A stretch of 64,000 nucleotides of DNA, taken from the NCBI GenBank assembly GCA_965208835.1, contig OZ242358.1, forward strand, positions 4,512,001 through 4,576,000. Direction: 5' to 3'. The notes below the pieces were generated by a model that was not told the DNA's origin, searched no databases, and saw nothing but the letters and a program-made list of their open reading frames with translations. Shown here piece after piece: positions 28,806-37,627 of this stretch (its first letter is position 1; each line of letters starts with the position of its first letter). This stretch comes from Candidatus Latescibacterota bacterium. Lineage in GTDB: Bacteria; Latescibacterota; UBA2968; GCA-2709665. The position numbers and the translations under genes are program-made.

Positions 28806-29216
28806 CTACGAGTCCCTCTCGGTGTAACCCAGGACAACCAGCAGACACGGGCCGCCCGACACGACCGCGATGCCGGCGTCCTGAGCATCTTCAACGGCTT
28901 TCCTGCTTTCCGCGCCGGGTTGCATCCAGATGAATTCGATGCCGGCGTCCGCTGCTTCACGTACGATCTGTTCGGTTACCCCGGGCGGTGTGATCACGGA
29001 AATGCGCGCCACCGGTTCCGGAAGCGCCGCGAGATCGGGATAGGCCTTTTGGCCTTCGATTTCCTCGGAACCCGGATTGATCGGGTACGCCTTCAGACCG
29101 TGCTGCAGATAACATCGAAGGACCTTGTTGCCGTATTTGGCACGATCCATAGACGCCCCGACGACGGCATACGGACCGGTCTCCAGAAATGCATCGATTG
29201 TTTCATCCGGTGTCAC
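28806..29216 (-). CDS. CoA-binding protein (YccU-like)
   Basis: AVVGAS, KYGNKV, YPINP, IWMQPGAE. Confidence 0.9.
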   Translation of the reverse strand: MTPDETIDAFLETGPYAVVGASMDRAKYGNKVLRCYLQHGLKAYPINPGSEEIEGQKAYPDLAALPEPVARISVITPPGVTEQIVREAADAGIEFIWMQPGAESRKAVEDAQDAGIAVVSGGPCLLVVLGYTERDS

Positions 29217-29251
29217 GCCAGTTCTCTCCTGCGGTTTGGGTTTGCCAACGG

Positions 29252-29704
29252 TTACAGTTCATCGTATCGCGGCAGGCTGTGCAGGAACCGGTAGCTCCGT
29301 TCCTCGCGGTCGAGCGCGTAGCAGTAGTGTGTGATTCCGTTGGTCACAACCAGGTAATTCGTCCCGACAGACGTATTGTAGCGCGCGATCTGATCGAACG
29401 CCTGCTGTTTGATTTTTACGTCGGGCGCCTTGCATTCGGCCATGAGAACGGGTTCTCCCCTGCCGTTGTAGACGATAACGTCGGCGCGGTGCTGCATTGC
29501 GCCATACGCAAAAGCCGATTCGACCGCGGTTCGACCCGCCGGAAAACCCAGGTCCTGAACGAGGTGCTGTACCAGGTTCTGGCGGACCCATTCCTCGGGC
29601 GTGAGGCGCACGTACTTCCGGCGAAGCGGATCGAAAATGGTCCTTTTCTCGCCGCTGGTTCGGATGTCGAAGTCGTACTGGCGGGGAAAGTTGAGGGATT
29701 GCAT
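29252..29704 (-). CDS. Stand-alone type I restriction HsdR N-terminal domain protein
   Basis: IFDPLRRKYV.LTPEEWVRQ, RADV, ECKAP, QIARYN, TNG. Confidence 0.88.
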   Translation of the reverse strand: MQSLNFPRQYDFDIRTSGEKRTIFDPLRRKYVRLTPEEWVRQNLVQHLVQDLGFPAGRTAVESAFAYGAMQHRADVIVYNGRGEPVLMAECKAPDVKIKQQAFDQIARYNTSVGTNYLVVTNGITHYCYALDREERSYRFLHSLPRYDEL

Positions 29705-29802
29705 TGGAATAGGCTGAGAAACGTAAAGCCACGGCGTCGAATGCCGCTAAGACCGTCCTCCGGATTCAGGCAGGTTTGTCGCCTGGCGGGCGGCGTCCGT
29801 CG

Positions 29803-30972
29803 CTACCGGGCGTGCCAGAGTTCGGGACGTTCGACGTGGCGACGGATGGTGTCCAGGAATCGGGCGGCCGGGCCGCCGTCGACGACGCGATGGTCGAAGG
29901 TGAGGCTCAGGGCGACCAGGTCCCGGGGTACGATGCGACCCTCGTAAACGGCCGGCCTGGAGACAATCCGACCCACGCCCAGAATGGCGCACTCAGGCAG
30001 GTTGACGATGGGCGTAAAGACGTCGATTCCGTACGCGCCAAGGTTTGTAATCGTAAACGTACCCCCTTGAAGGTGCTCCGCTTCGAGGTCTCCCTGCCTG
30101 GCCATCTGAATCAGCTCCGAGGTTTCCCTGGCGAGGTCCGACAGGTCTCTGGCGTCGACATTGGTGATGACCGGGACCAGAAGGCCGGCGTTCGTATCCA
30201 CGGCGATACCGATGTGGATCTCATCGTGCCTGTGGACAGACCCGTCCCGCCACGAGGCGTTCAGGTCCGGATGTTCGGCCAGGGCGGCGGCCGTCAGCTT
30301 CAGGAAAAGGCCGTTATACGTAAGGTGAGGAACGTCGAGTTCCGCGCGCAGAGCCACGAAATCCGTCGCATCGGCCTCCGTGGAGAGCGTCACGGGCGCG
30401 GTCTCGCCGTGGCTTTCGGTCAGACGCCGCGCAATGGTCCGGCGGGTGGCGCTTGCGACTTTGTTCGCGGACCTGGCCGGTGTCGCCTCACGGACGTCCC
30501 GTTCGACAATACGTCCGTTCCGACCGCTGCCCTTCAGCGTACTCAAGTCGACACCCAGTTCCGTCGCCAGGCGGAGCGCCCGTGGGCTGATCGCGGACCT
30601 GCTCTTTCTGCCTTTCGGTCGATCTTTGCGAAGACGGGATGGGGCGGACTGTTGCGGCAGGGATTCCGTTTCCCTATCGACCGCCGGCGACGCGGGAGTA
30701 GCGGCGGGCGGTTTTTCTCCCGGGCCCAGCAGGAAGCCCAGCACCGTGCCGATTGGTAACGTGTCACCGGGTTGAGGCGCATTGGCCGGTATATGCAGGG
30801 TTCCGCTGTCGAAGGATTCGATTTCGTTTATCGCTTTATCGCTTTCAACGGTGAAGATGATTTCTCCGGCCTCGACCTGATCCCCGTTCTGCTTGAGCCA
30901 CTCGACCAGGGTGCCTTCCTCCATGGTCCATCCCAGGCGTGGCATGACGATTTCAATTGGCATGGAGGTCAT
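29803..30972 (-). CDS. 2-oxoacid dehydrogenase E2 (dihydrolipoamide acyltransferase)
   Basis: Lipoyl ESDKA, E3-binding GSGRNGRI, catalytic FDHRVVDG. Confidence 0.93.
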   Translation of the reverse strand: MTSMPIEIVMPRLGWTMEEGTLVEWLKQNGDQVEAGEIIFTVESDKAINEIESFDSGTLHIPANAPQPGDTLPIGTVLGFLLGPGEKPPAATPASPAVDRETESLPQQSAPSRLRKDRPKGRKSRSAISPRALRLATELGVDLSTLKGSGRNGRIVERDVREATPARSANKVASATRRTIARRLTESHGETAPVTLSTEADATDFVALRAELDVPHLTYNGLFLKLTAAALAEHPDLNASWRDGSVHRHDEIHIGIAVDTNAGLLVPVITNVDARDLSDLARETSELIQMARQGDLEAEHLQGGTFTITNLGAYGIDVFTPIVNLPECAILGVGRIVSRPAVYEGRIVPRDLVALSLTFDHRVVDGGPAARFLDTIRRHVERPELWHAR

Positions 30973-30991
30973 CCTCGTGAAGCGCCCGCGA

Positions 30992-31978
30992 CTATTCCTC
31001 CATCAGGTCGCGGATGGCCTGTGAAACGGTTTCCGGCTGGGGCATGCAGGCGGCCTCGAGCGGAGCGCTGTACGGCGTGGGCGCATGCGCGCCGTTGAGG
31101 CGGCCGACCGGTGCGTCCAGATCGTCGAACGCCAGGCTCTGAACCTGAGCGGCGATTTCGGCGCCGATCCCGCATGGGCCGAAGGCCTCGTCCACGATGA
31201 TCAGACGACCCGTCTTGTGGACGGATTCCAGTATGGTATCCACATCCAGCGGCGCCACGGTGCGCGGGTCGATGAGTTCCACGGAGATGCCGTCCCCCGC
31301 GAGTTCGTCGCAGAGCTTCCACGTCAGGGGAACCATATTTGCCAGCGCGACTACCGTGACGTCGCTGCCTTTGCGGCGGACCTCGGCCTGTCCGAAAGGA
31401 ATGGCGTACGGCGTTTCGGGAACCGGACCCCGATGGTTGAGGATGGATTTGTGCTCGAGGAAGAGAACGGGATCATCGCCTTCCAAGGCGGTTTTGAACA
31501 GCCCCTTGGCGTCGTACGGCATAGCAGGCAGGGCCACGCGGAAACCCGGCAGATGCGCGAAAACGGGATAGTAGTTTCCGGAATGGTGGGTGGCGGCGGC
31601 GCCGCCAATACCGACACAACCGCGCAGGATCACAGGCATGGACAGGCGGCCGCTGCTCATATACTGCATTTTGGCGATCTGGTTGACCATCTCGCCAAAG
31701 CCGTCCAGGATGAAGTCGATGAACATGAAGTCCACCACGGGCCGCGCGCCGGCCATGGCCGCGCCCGTGCAGAGCCCGATAAAGCCCCGCTCGCAGATGG
31801 GGGTATCGCACACACGCATGGGACCGTAGCGTTCGTAAAGTCCGGTGGTGGTATTGAAGTTGCCGCCCCGCTCGCCCACGCCTTCGCCCACGACGAAGAT
31901 GGTCGGGTCCGCCGCCATGGCATCGGACAGGGCTTCGCGCGCGGCTTCCGTAAACGTGATTTCACGCATGGTTCGCAT
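30992..31978 (-). CDS. 2-oxoacid/acetoin dehydrogenase E1 beta
   Basis: DTPICE, DAKGL, PVLFLEHK, ELIDPRTVAPLD. Confidence 0.93.
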   Translation of the reverse strand: MRTMREITFTEAAREALSDAMAADPTIFVVGEGVGERGGNFNTTTGLYERYGPMRVCDTPICERGFIGLCTGAAMAGARPVVDFMFIDFILDGFGEMVNQIAKMQYMSSGRLSMPVILRGCVGIGGAAATHHSGNYYPVFAHLPGFRVALPAMPYDAKGLFKTALEGDDPVLFLEHKSILNHRGPVPETPYAIPFGQAEVRRKGSDVTVVALANMVPLTWKLCDELAGDGISVELIDPRTVAPLDVDTILESVHKTGRLIIVDEAFGPCGIGAEIAAQVQSLAFDDLDAPVGRLNGAHAPTPYSAPLEAACMPQPETVSQAIRDLMEE

Positions 31979-32951
31979 CCTGTCCGCTGAAGACGTGGTC
32001 CGTTACCGTGGCGGGATCCGGCCACGGGCTCTTTCTGGCGAACTCGACGCCCTCTGCGACGGCGGCCCTGACCTCGCTTTCGATTCCGTCTAGGGCTTCC
32101 CGGTCGGCAATGGCATCGTCCATCATTTTTCCGGCCAGCAATGCGATGGGGTCCCTGGCCTTCCAGGTCTCGAGTTCCTCTTGTGTCCGGTACCCGGTAT
32201 CCCGCATGCCCTCCGCGTGGGAACGAGTGCGGTAGGTCTTGCAGTCCAGCAGCGTGGGGCCGCCGCCGTCACGGGCGCGAAGGACGGCGTCGCCGGCTTT
32301 TTCATAGACGTCGAGGACGTCGTTTCCGTCCACCTGAACGCCGGTTACGCCATAGCCTTCCGCTCGCTGTGCGATATTCGTATTGCGGGTGGCGTACTCG
32401 AAGGCGACTTCCGTGGCGTACCGGTTGTCTTCCAGGACGAAGACGACGGGCAGTTGCCAGATGGCGGCCATATTCAGGCCTTCGTGAAAGGCGCCGTTGT
32501 TGACGCCGCCGTCCCCGAAGAAGGCCACGCTGACGCGGTCTGTTCCGAGCAACCTGAATGTATACGCGGCGCCGGCGGCCTGCAGGATGCTGGGGCCCAC
32601 GATGCCGCTGGTGCCCATCAGGCCGATTTCGGGAGAGAAGAGGTGCATGCTGCCACCCCGTCCCCGCGCGCAACCTGTGGACTTTCCATAGAGTTCGGCG
32701 ACGAGTTCGCCTATAGGCACGCCCTTGGCGAGCGCATGGCCGTGGCCCCGATGGGTGCTGAAGATCGTGTCTTCCCTGCGCAGATGCGCACAGACGCCCG
32801 CCGCGATGGCCTCTTCTCCGACGTACGTGTGGCAGGCCCCCGGGATGAGTCCGGCCTGGTATGACCTGGCAATCTGCTCCTCGGTGCGCCGGATCGTCAG
32901 CATCTGGCGGTAGAGGGACAGGATGCGTTCGTTTTCGAGACCTTGCGGCAT
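31962..32951 (-). CDS. 2-oxoacid/acetoin dehydrogenase E1 alpha
   Basis: STHRGHGH, GRGGSMH, TPP motif GDG...N, TYR..SH. Confidence 0.93.
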   Translation of the reverse strand: MPQGLENERILSLYRQMLTIRRTEEQIARSYQAGLIPGACHTYVGEEAIAAGVCAHLRREDTIFSTHRGHGHALAKGVPIGELVAELYGKSTGCARGRGGSMHLFSPEIGLMGTSGIVGPSILQAAGAAYTFRLLGTDRVSVAFFGDGGVNNGAFHEGLNMAAIWQLPVVFVLEDNRYATEVAFEYATRNTNIAQRAEGYGVTGVQVDGNDVLDVYEKAGDAVLRARDGGGPTLLDCKTYRTRSHAEGMRDTGYRTQEELETWKARDPIALLAGKMMDDAIADREALDGIESEVRAAVAEGVEFARKSPWPDPATVTDHVFSGQDANHA

Positions 32952-32987
32952 GGTGCCTACCTTGCCTGCTCTGTTGGTGTCACGGGG

Positions 32988-33800
32988 TTACCCGCTGACG
33001 ATCGGGCCGCCGGGGTAGGTGCCTCCGGCGTTCATCGCGAGGTTGCCGCCGTCCATGGGCAACATCACGCCGGTGACCCACGCCGAGGCATCGGATGCGA
33101 GGAAGATGGCGGCGCCCACGATGTCCCGCGGCTCGCCGAACCGGCCGGCCGGTATGCCGCCCAGCCATGTATCGGCCATACGAGGTTCGGCCCTCAGGCG
33201 TTTTTCCAAAAACGGGTTCATGACCTGGGCGGGCAGAATCGCGTTCACACGCACGCCGCGGCTGCTCCACTCCGTGCTGAGCTCCCTGGTCATCTGCGCG
33301 ACAGCGCCCATGCCGATACTGTAGGCGACGTGGCCCCGCCCGATCGCGGTGAGGCTCGCGAGAGAGCCGATGTTGATAATACTGCCCTTGCCCGCGGCGA
33401 GCATGCGTCTGCCCCCCTCCTGGCAGCTGCAGAAGCGTGCGATGACCAGAGACTGCAGGCTTTCCTGGAGCTGATCCAGGGTGAGGTCCTCGGGCTTGCC
33501 GATCATCGTGGCGCCGGCGACGTTGCCCAGAACGTCGATCCGGCCGAATTCGCTGTCCAGCCTGGAGAACATCCCGCGGACCTGGTCGACGTCCGAAACG
33601 TCGCACCGCACGGGTATGGCGCGCCGGCCCAGCGATTCGATCTCGTGCGTGGTTTCCTGCGCGCCCGCTTCGTTGATGTCGGCCAGCATGAGATCCGCCC
33701 CGGCCTCCGCAAAACCGACGGCCATCGCCTTGCCCATCCCGCTGGCCGCGCCCGTCACCAGGGCGACGCGGTCGGTCATGTCGAATATCGGATGTGACAT
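32988..33800 (-). CDS. Short-chain dehydrogenase/reductase
   Basis: TGAASGMG, GSIINIGS, RVNAILP, DGG; catalytic YxxxK reads YSIGM. Confidence 0.9.
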   Translation of the reverse strand: MSHPIFDMTDRVALVTGAASGMGKAMAVGFAEAGADLMLADINEAGAQETTHEIESLGRRAIPVRCDVSDVDQVRGMFSRLDSEFGRIDVLGNVAGATMIGKPEDLTLDQLQESLQSLVIARFCSCQEGGRRMLAAGKGSIINIGSLASLTAIGRGHVAYSIGMGAVAQMTRELSTEWSSRGVRVNAILPAQVMNPFLEKRLRAEPRMADTWLGGIPAGRFGEPRDIVGAAIFLASDASAWVTGVMLPMDGGNLAMNAGGTYPGGPIVSG

Positions 33801-33859
33801 AGCCCATCTCCGTTCTTGCGCCTGGAAGCGGCTCCGGCTTCGATCGTCCCGGGGATTCG

Positions 33860-34225
33860 CTATTTCCCGAGATACGCGACGGCGTCGATTTCCACCAGGA
33901 TGCCCTTGTACATGTCACCGGCGCCAACCAGACGCCTGGTAGGCATCCGGCTCCTGTTTGTGAAATATCGCATATACGTGCGATTGAATTCGTCGCGGTC
34001 GTCCATGTCAAGGAGGAAGACGTTGACGCGGACGACGTCGTCAAAGGTGGCGCCTTCGCTTTCCAGCACCTGCACCATGTTGTCCATCGTGAAGACGGTC
34101 TGTTCCTCGATATTCCCGCCAACCACCTCGGCGCCTTCGACGGGGCCGAAGCCGGAGAGAAACAGCAGATCGCCCGCGCGGCGGGACATGGAGTAAAAGG
34201 GTTCGGGGCTCATCTGTTTAGCCAT
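33860..34225 (-). CDS. RidA family protein
   Basis: YS..RRAGDLLFLSG, VVRVNVFL, PTR, LVEIDAVAY; AGGAGG RBS. Confidence 0.9.
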   Translation of the reverse strand: MAKQMSPEPFYSMSRRAGDLLFLSGFGPVEGAEVVGGNIEEQTVFTMDNMVQVLESEGATFDDVVRVNVFLLDMDDRDEFNRTYMRYFTNRSRMPTRRLVGAGDMYKGILVEIDAVAYLGK

Positions 34226-34263
34226 TGAATTTGCCTCCTGTAGTATTCCGGATTCCCTTCCTG

Positions 34264-35361
34264 TCAATTCTGAAGATGCAGCGCGTTGTCCTTTCGATGA
34301 TGGAACAGCGCGGGTTCGTGTTCCTTCAGCGGACGGCGCGGGCGAACGCCGGTGTTGACGATGTTGTCGGGATGGGGCCAACGGCTGTTGAGCACCGAGA
34401 CGAGGTTCTCCACGCCCGTGATCGCCACGTCCTGGCTGGCCTGCACGGACAGGCCCGAGATGTGCGGGGTCAGGATCACGTTTTCGAGCCGGGCGAGCGC
34501 ATGGTCGGGCGGCGCCTCCTGTTCGCCGAAGATCTCGATGTCGTCGAAAGTATCAATGGCGGCGCCCCCCAGATGTCCGCTTCGAATAAGGTCTGCCAGG
34601 GCATTCTCGTCCGTGATGGCCCCGCGGCAGGTATTGATGAAAAAGGAGCCGGGTTTCATCTTCCTGAGGGTGGGCGCGTCCAGCAGGCGAAAGGTCTCCC
34701 GCGTTAGAGGCAGATGCAGAGAAACAAAGTCCGATTCCGACAGCAGTGTGTCGAGGTCCACCATCCGTACGCCAAGGGCATCGGCCTCGTCCCGCGGCGC
34801 GTGCATATTCTTCCTTGTGGCCAGTATCTTCAGACCAAAGGGCTTTGCCCGTCTAACGACAGCCTTGGCCGATGCGCCGAAACCGATCAGACCGAGCGTC
34901 AGGCCCGAGACGCGTTGAAGCCTGAGACCTTCGTCTCTCGCTTTCTGGAACCTGCCGGCGTAGAAGTGCCGTGACATTGCCGGAATCTGCCGGGCAAGGG
35001 CGAGCAGGGAGGCCATGACGTGGTCCGCCATCTCGTCGTTGCAGAACGTAGGGACGTTGGAGACCACGATACCTGCATGGGTGGCGGTCTCGACGTCGAT
35101 CTTGTCGGTGCCGTTGCCCAGACGGGAGATGATCGTGCATTTGGTGAGGCTCCTGATGACCGGTTCGGGAAGGGACCCCGATACCACGGCCAGGGCGTCG
35201 CAATCCGCAACACCCGCAATGATGTCGTCCGGTTCGTACGCGTCCAACAGAGTTGGCGTGATGCCGTAGTGCCTGTACAGCGCCGCCTCGGTCGGATTGA
35301 TCGGAATGACCTCGGCATTGAGGCGGACGAATCGGATATCTTCGAAACCAGTACTGGGCAT
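34264..35361 (-). CDS. D-2-hydroxyacid dehydrogenase (CtBP/SerA-like)
   Basis: GLIGFG, SLHLPL, INTCRG, LTPHISG. Confidence 0.9.
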   Translation of the reverse strand: MPSTGFEDIRFVRLNAEVIPINPTEAALYRHYGITPTLLDAYEPDDIIAGVADCDALAVVSGSLPEPVIRSLTKCTIISRLGNGTDKIDVETATHAGIVVSNVPTFCNDEMADHVMASLLALARQIPAMSRHFYAGRFQKARDEGLRLQRVSGLTLGLIGFGASAKAVVRRAKPFGLKILATRKNMHAPRDEADALGVRMVDLDTLLSESDFVSLHLPLTRETFRLLDAPTLRKMKPGSFFINTCRGAITDENALADLIRSGHLGGAAIDTFDDIEIFGEQEAPPDHALARLENVILTPHISGLSVQASQDVAITGVENLVSVLNSRWPHPDNIVNTGVRPRRPLKEHEPALFHHRKDNALHLQN

Positions 35362-35432
35362 CGGAAAAATCGTCGCAAATAGACCGCGTCCGCGCAACGA
35401 CGTTTGCGGCCTGATTTAATCTCTTGAATGGA

Positions 35433-35879
35433 TCAACTTGCGGAATGTTCGTCCCCGTCTCCCTGTTCCCCCTGCGGCGCGGGTGCCTCCGGTGAAAGAA
35501 GAAGCAATCCCGGTACGGAGGCAAAGTGGTGATCCATCGTGACCAGCCGCAAACCGTGCTCCATGGCCTGCGCCGAGATCCAGATGTCGTTCGTCGGGAT
35601 TGGGGTTCCGGCGCGTCTCAACCCGTTGAGGATCTCGGCATAGAACTCGGCTGTATCCTCGCTGACGGCACATATCTCCACGCGTGGCGTATCGAGAAAT
35701 TCGGCCAGTTCATCGCGGTTCTTGCGCTGCCTGATCCCGCCTTTGAAGCCCGATAGCAGCTCTCCTATACTGATCGAACTCATTACGATTCGTGAAGCTC
35801 GCCGAAGCAACGACACAACCGCCGGTTCCGCGCGCATGGCGTGCGAGTAGATATTGGTATCGATCAGGAGTTCGTTCAC
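35433..35879 (-). CDS. vapC: PIN-domain toxin
   Basis: LIDTN, GEL, PIPTNDIWISA, LVTMDHHF. Confidence 0.92.
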   Translation of the reverse strand: MNELLIDTNIYSHAMRAEPAVVSLLRRASRIVMSSISIGELLSGFKGGIRQRKNRDELAEFLDTPRVEICAVSEDTAEFYAEILNGLRRAGTPIPTNDIWISAQAMEHGLRLVTMDHHFASVPGLLLLSPEAPAPQGEQGDGDEHSAS

Positions 35880-36148
35880 TGCCAGAGTTCCGGATCGATG
35901 CGTCGCTCGGAGTCGATCTTTTCCTGGATGCGGACGAACTCATCCTCGTCCCAACGTCCAAACAGGTGGTCCAGGTCGCGATGGACCTCTGTGAACCGGC
36001 GTGATTTGTCCAATCCGAACTGCTGTCGCAATGCGTCCAGGGCCGTCTGGTTCATGCTCTTTCCTTCCCGCCTGGCCACCTCCCTCAACCTGGCGGCAAG
36101 CTGGGGATCCAGGCCACGCAGGGTCATGCTCTTCAGAACATCCGCCAA
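35876..36148 (-). CDS. FitA-like ribbon-helix-helix antitoxin
   Basis: MTLRGLD..L...L...A..EGKSMNQ; DLDHLFGRW; 4-nt overlap with vapC. Confidence 0.85.
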   Translation of the reverse strand: MADVLKSMTLRGLDPQLAARLREVARREGKSMNQTALDALRQQFGLDKSRRFTEVHRDLDHLFGRWDEDEFVRIQEKIDSERRIDPELWQ

Positions 36149-36168
36149 AGCGCATTTCCTTCCTTAAT

Positions 36169-36228
36169 TGCAATCAATATATGATGGCGAATTGATATCA
36201 TTATACGAGATCACGCTCCGCAGGTCAA
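36169..36228 (-). promoter_or_regulatory. sigma70 promoter and putative antitoxin operator
   Basis: Minus-strand TTGACC (36228-36223), 17-nt spacer, TATAAT (36205-36200); TGATATCA (36193-36200) and TGCAATCA (36169-36176) boxes. Confidence 0.8.
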
Positions 36229-36571
36229 GCACGATCCGTGCGGTCACTTTGAAACAACGGACGTCGAGGGGATTCCGCGCAGGTTCTGCCCCTCCACTGT
36301 CGAACACCTCGCAGCCCATAAGGAAGACGACATCAAGCCTGAGTAGCCATTCTCAGGTAAATTAGATGCACGGCTCGGGCCAGACGCTCATCAGCGCGTT
36401 GATGGCAGCAGTAAGCGGTCTGAGGTTGAAGGGATGATCTCCTTTAGCCCATGAGGCGCCGCGTCTGCGACATCTCGCTCAATCACCTCGAACGGCATCA
36501 GTCGCCTCGGTCGGCCTTCGGCTCTCCTCTGGACCTGAAGCGGGCTATGCGGCAAGTGTTCCTCGCACATG

Positions 36572-37396
36572 CTACAGTTTCAGAAACAACCCGACTTCCC
36601 AGACAGGGGCATCGAGCAGGTTGTGGCTTCGCGTGAACCTCGAAATCCCGGCGGTAATTCCCGCGTTGGGCGAAACATGGAAATCGATCTGGGATCCAAA
36701 GGACAGGTACTCGAGATCGTTGCGCGGGTGAAACTCATCGTCTGCTCTGTCTAGGGCTTCGACCCCGCGGAGCCAGATCGAGACGCCTATTCGCTCGGCG
36801 ATCGTATATCCAGCCTGCAGATTATATCGCAACTCGTCCGCGTGATTGTCATCGCGATTGTCACTGCTCTTTCGGTTGTTGTATCCGATCTCACCTATCA
36901 GATAGGCAGGTGCGGGATAGAGCGAATGGCCTACTTGAAGGGAAACATGTTGATTGAATTCGCCGTCGCCTGTCCAGAGGACGATATCCCCCCCCGATTC
37001 GCCCAGCGGCAATCCTGCCATGGCCTGCAAGCCGACCACCGTTGGTCCTTCTGTCAGAATCCCGATCCTGACACCTGCGTCCCAATCGCCAACACCGGTC
37101 GTTGAATCGAACCCTTCGACATCCACGGCGAAGTGCGTATAGACCGGCAAGTAGCCCACCAGCGTCACCCGGTCAATCACGCCGAATTCCCCGTAAAGAC
37201 TTGTCGTATAGCCACTCACGGTCGGGATCTCGGTCTTCGATCCATTCGCGATGAAAAGTGACTCGGCGCTGATAACCTGCTGGCTGAGTTTGAAGTACCC
37301 CCTACCCTTCGGCTGCGTCCATCCGCCTGCGTGGGCGATGGAGGAATCCAATATCATCACGCCCGTGAACAACGCGGCAAGAACAAACCCGTTCAC
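36572..37396 (-). CDS. Putative outer-membrane beta-barrel protein
   Basis: Signal peptide ending AHA, GGWTQPKGRGYFKLS, alternating strands, terminal WEVGLFLKL; AAGGAG RBS. Confidence 0.75.
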   Translation of the reverse strand: MNGFVLAALFTGVMILDSSIAHAGGWTQPKGRGYFKLSQQVISAESLFIANGSKTEIPTVSGYTTSLYGEFGVIDRVTLVGYLPVYTHFAVDVEGFDSTTGVGDWDAGVRIGILTEGPTVVGLQAMAGLPLGESGGDIVLWTGDGEFNQHVSLQVGHSLYPAPAYLIGEIGYNNRKSSDNRDDNHADELRYNLQAGYTIAERIGVSIWLRGVEALDRADDEFHPRNDLEYLSFGSQIDFHVSPNAGITAGISRFTRSHNLLDAPVWEVGLFLKL

Positions 37397-37414
37397 TTAA
37401 TTCTCCTTTGCTTA

Positions 37415-37624
37415 GAAGCTGTCTTAAAATTCCCAGCGGTCTTCGCGCGGCTGCAAGAGCGCCGGTCGGCGTTGGTCAAACCCACCCGTCTTACGAGATC
37501 GAGGCTGCGCTTGCTCGCCTGTCATAGGCGGATTTGCCCGTCGGCGTTGCGCGCCCCTCGCGCCTCTTAACCGCCACTTTTTCGCTCGCGCTCTGGAACT
37601 CACCGGTAATTTTAAGACAGCTTC
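37415..37624. mobile_element. MITE family C (210 bp)
   Basis: Perfect 17-bp TIR GAAGCTGTCTTAAAATT/AATTTTAAGACAGCTTC with TTA on both sides. Confidence 0.85.
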
Positions 37625-37627
37625 TTA

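Noticed and set aside
29252-36148. Defence island (HsdR-N plus vapBC)
   Set aside because: The two are separated by metabolic genes and no other defence components are present
36230-36570. Possible decayed gene fragment (minus-strand ADERLARA)
   Set aside because: Too short and not supported by additional motifs
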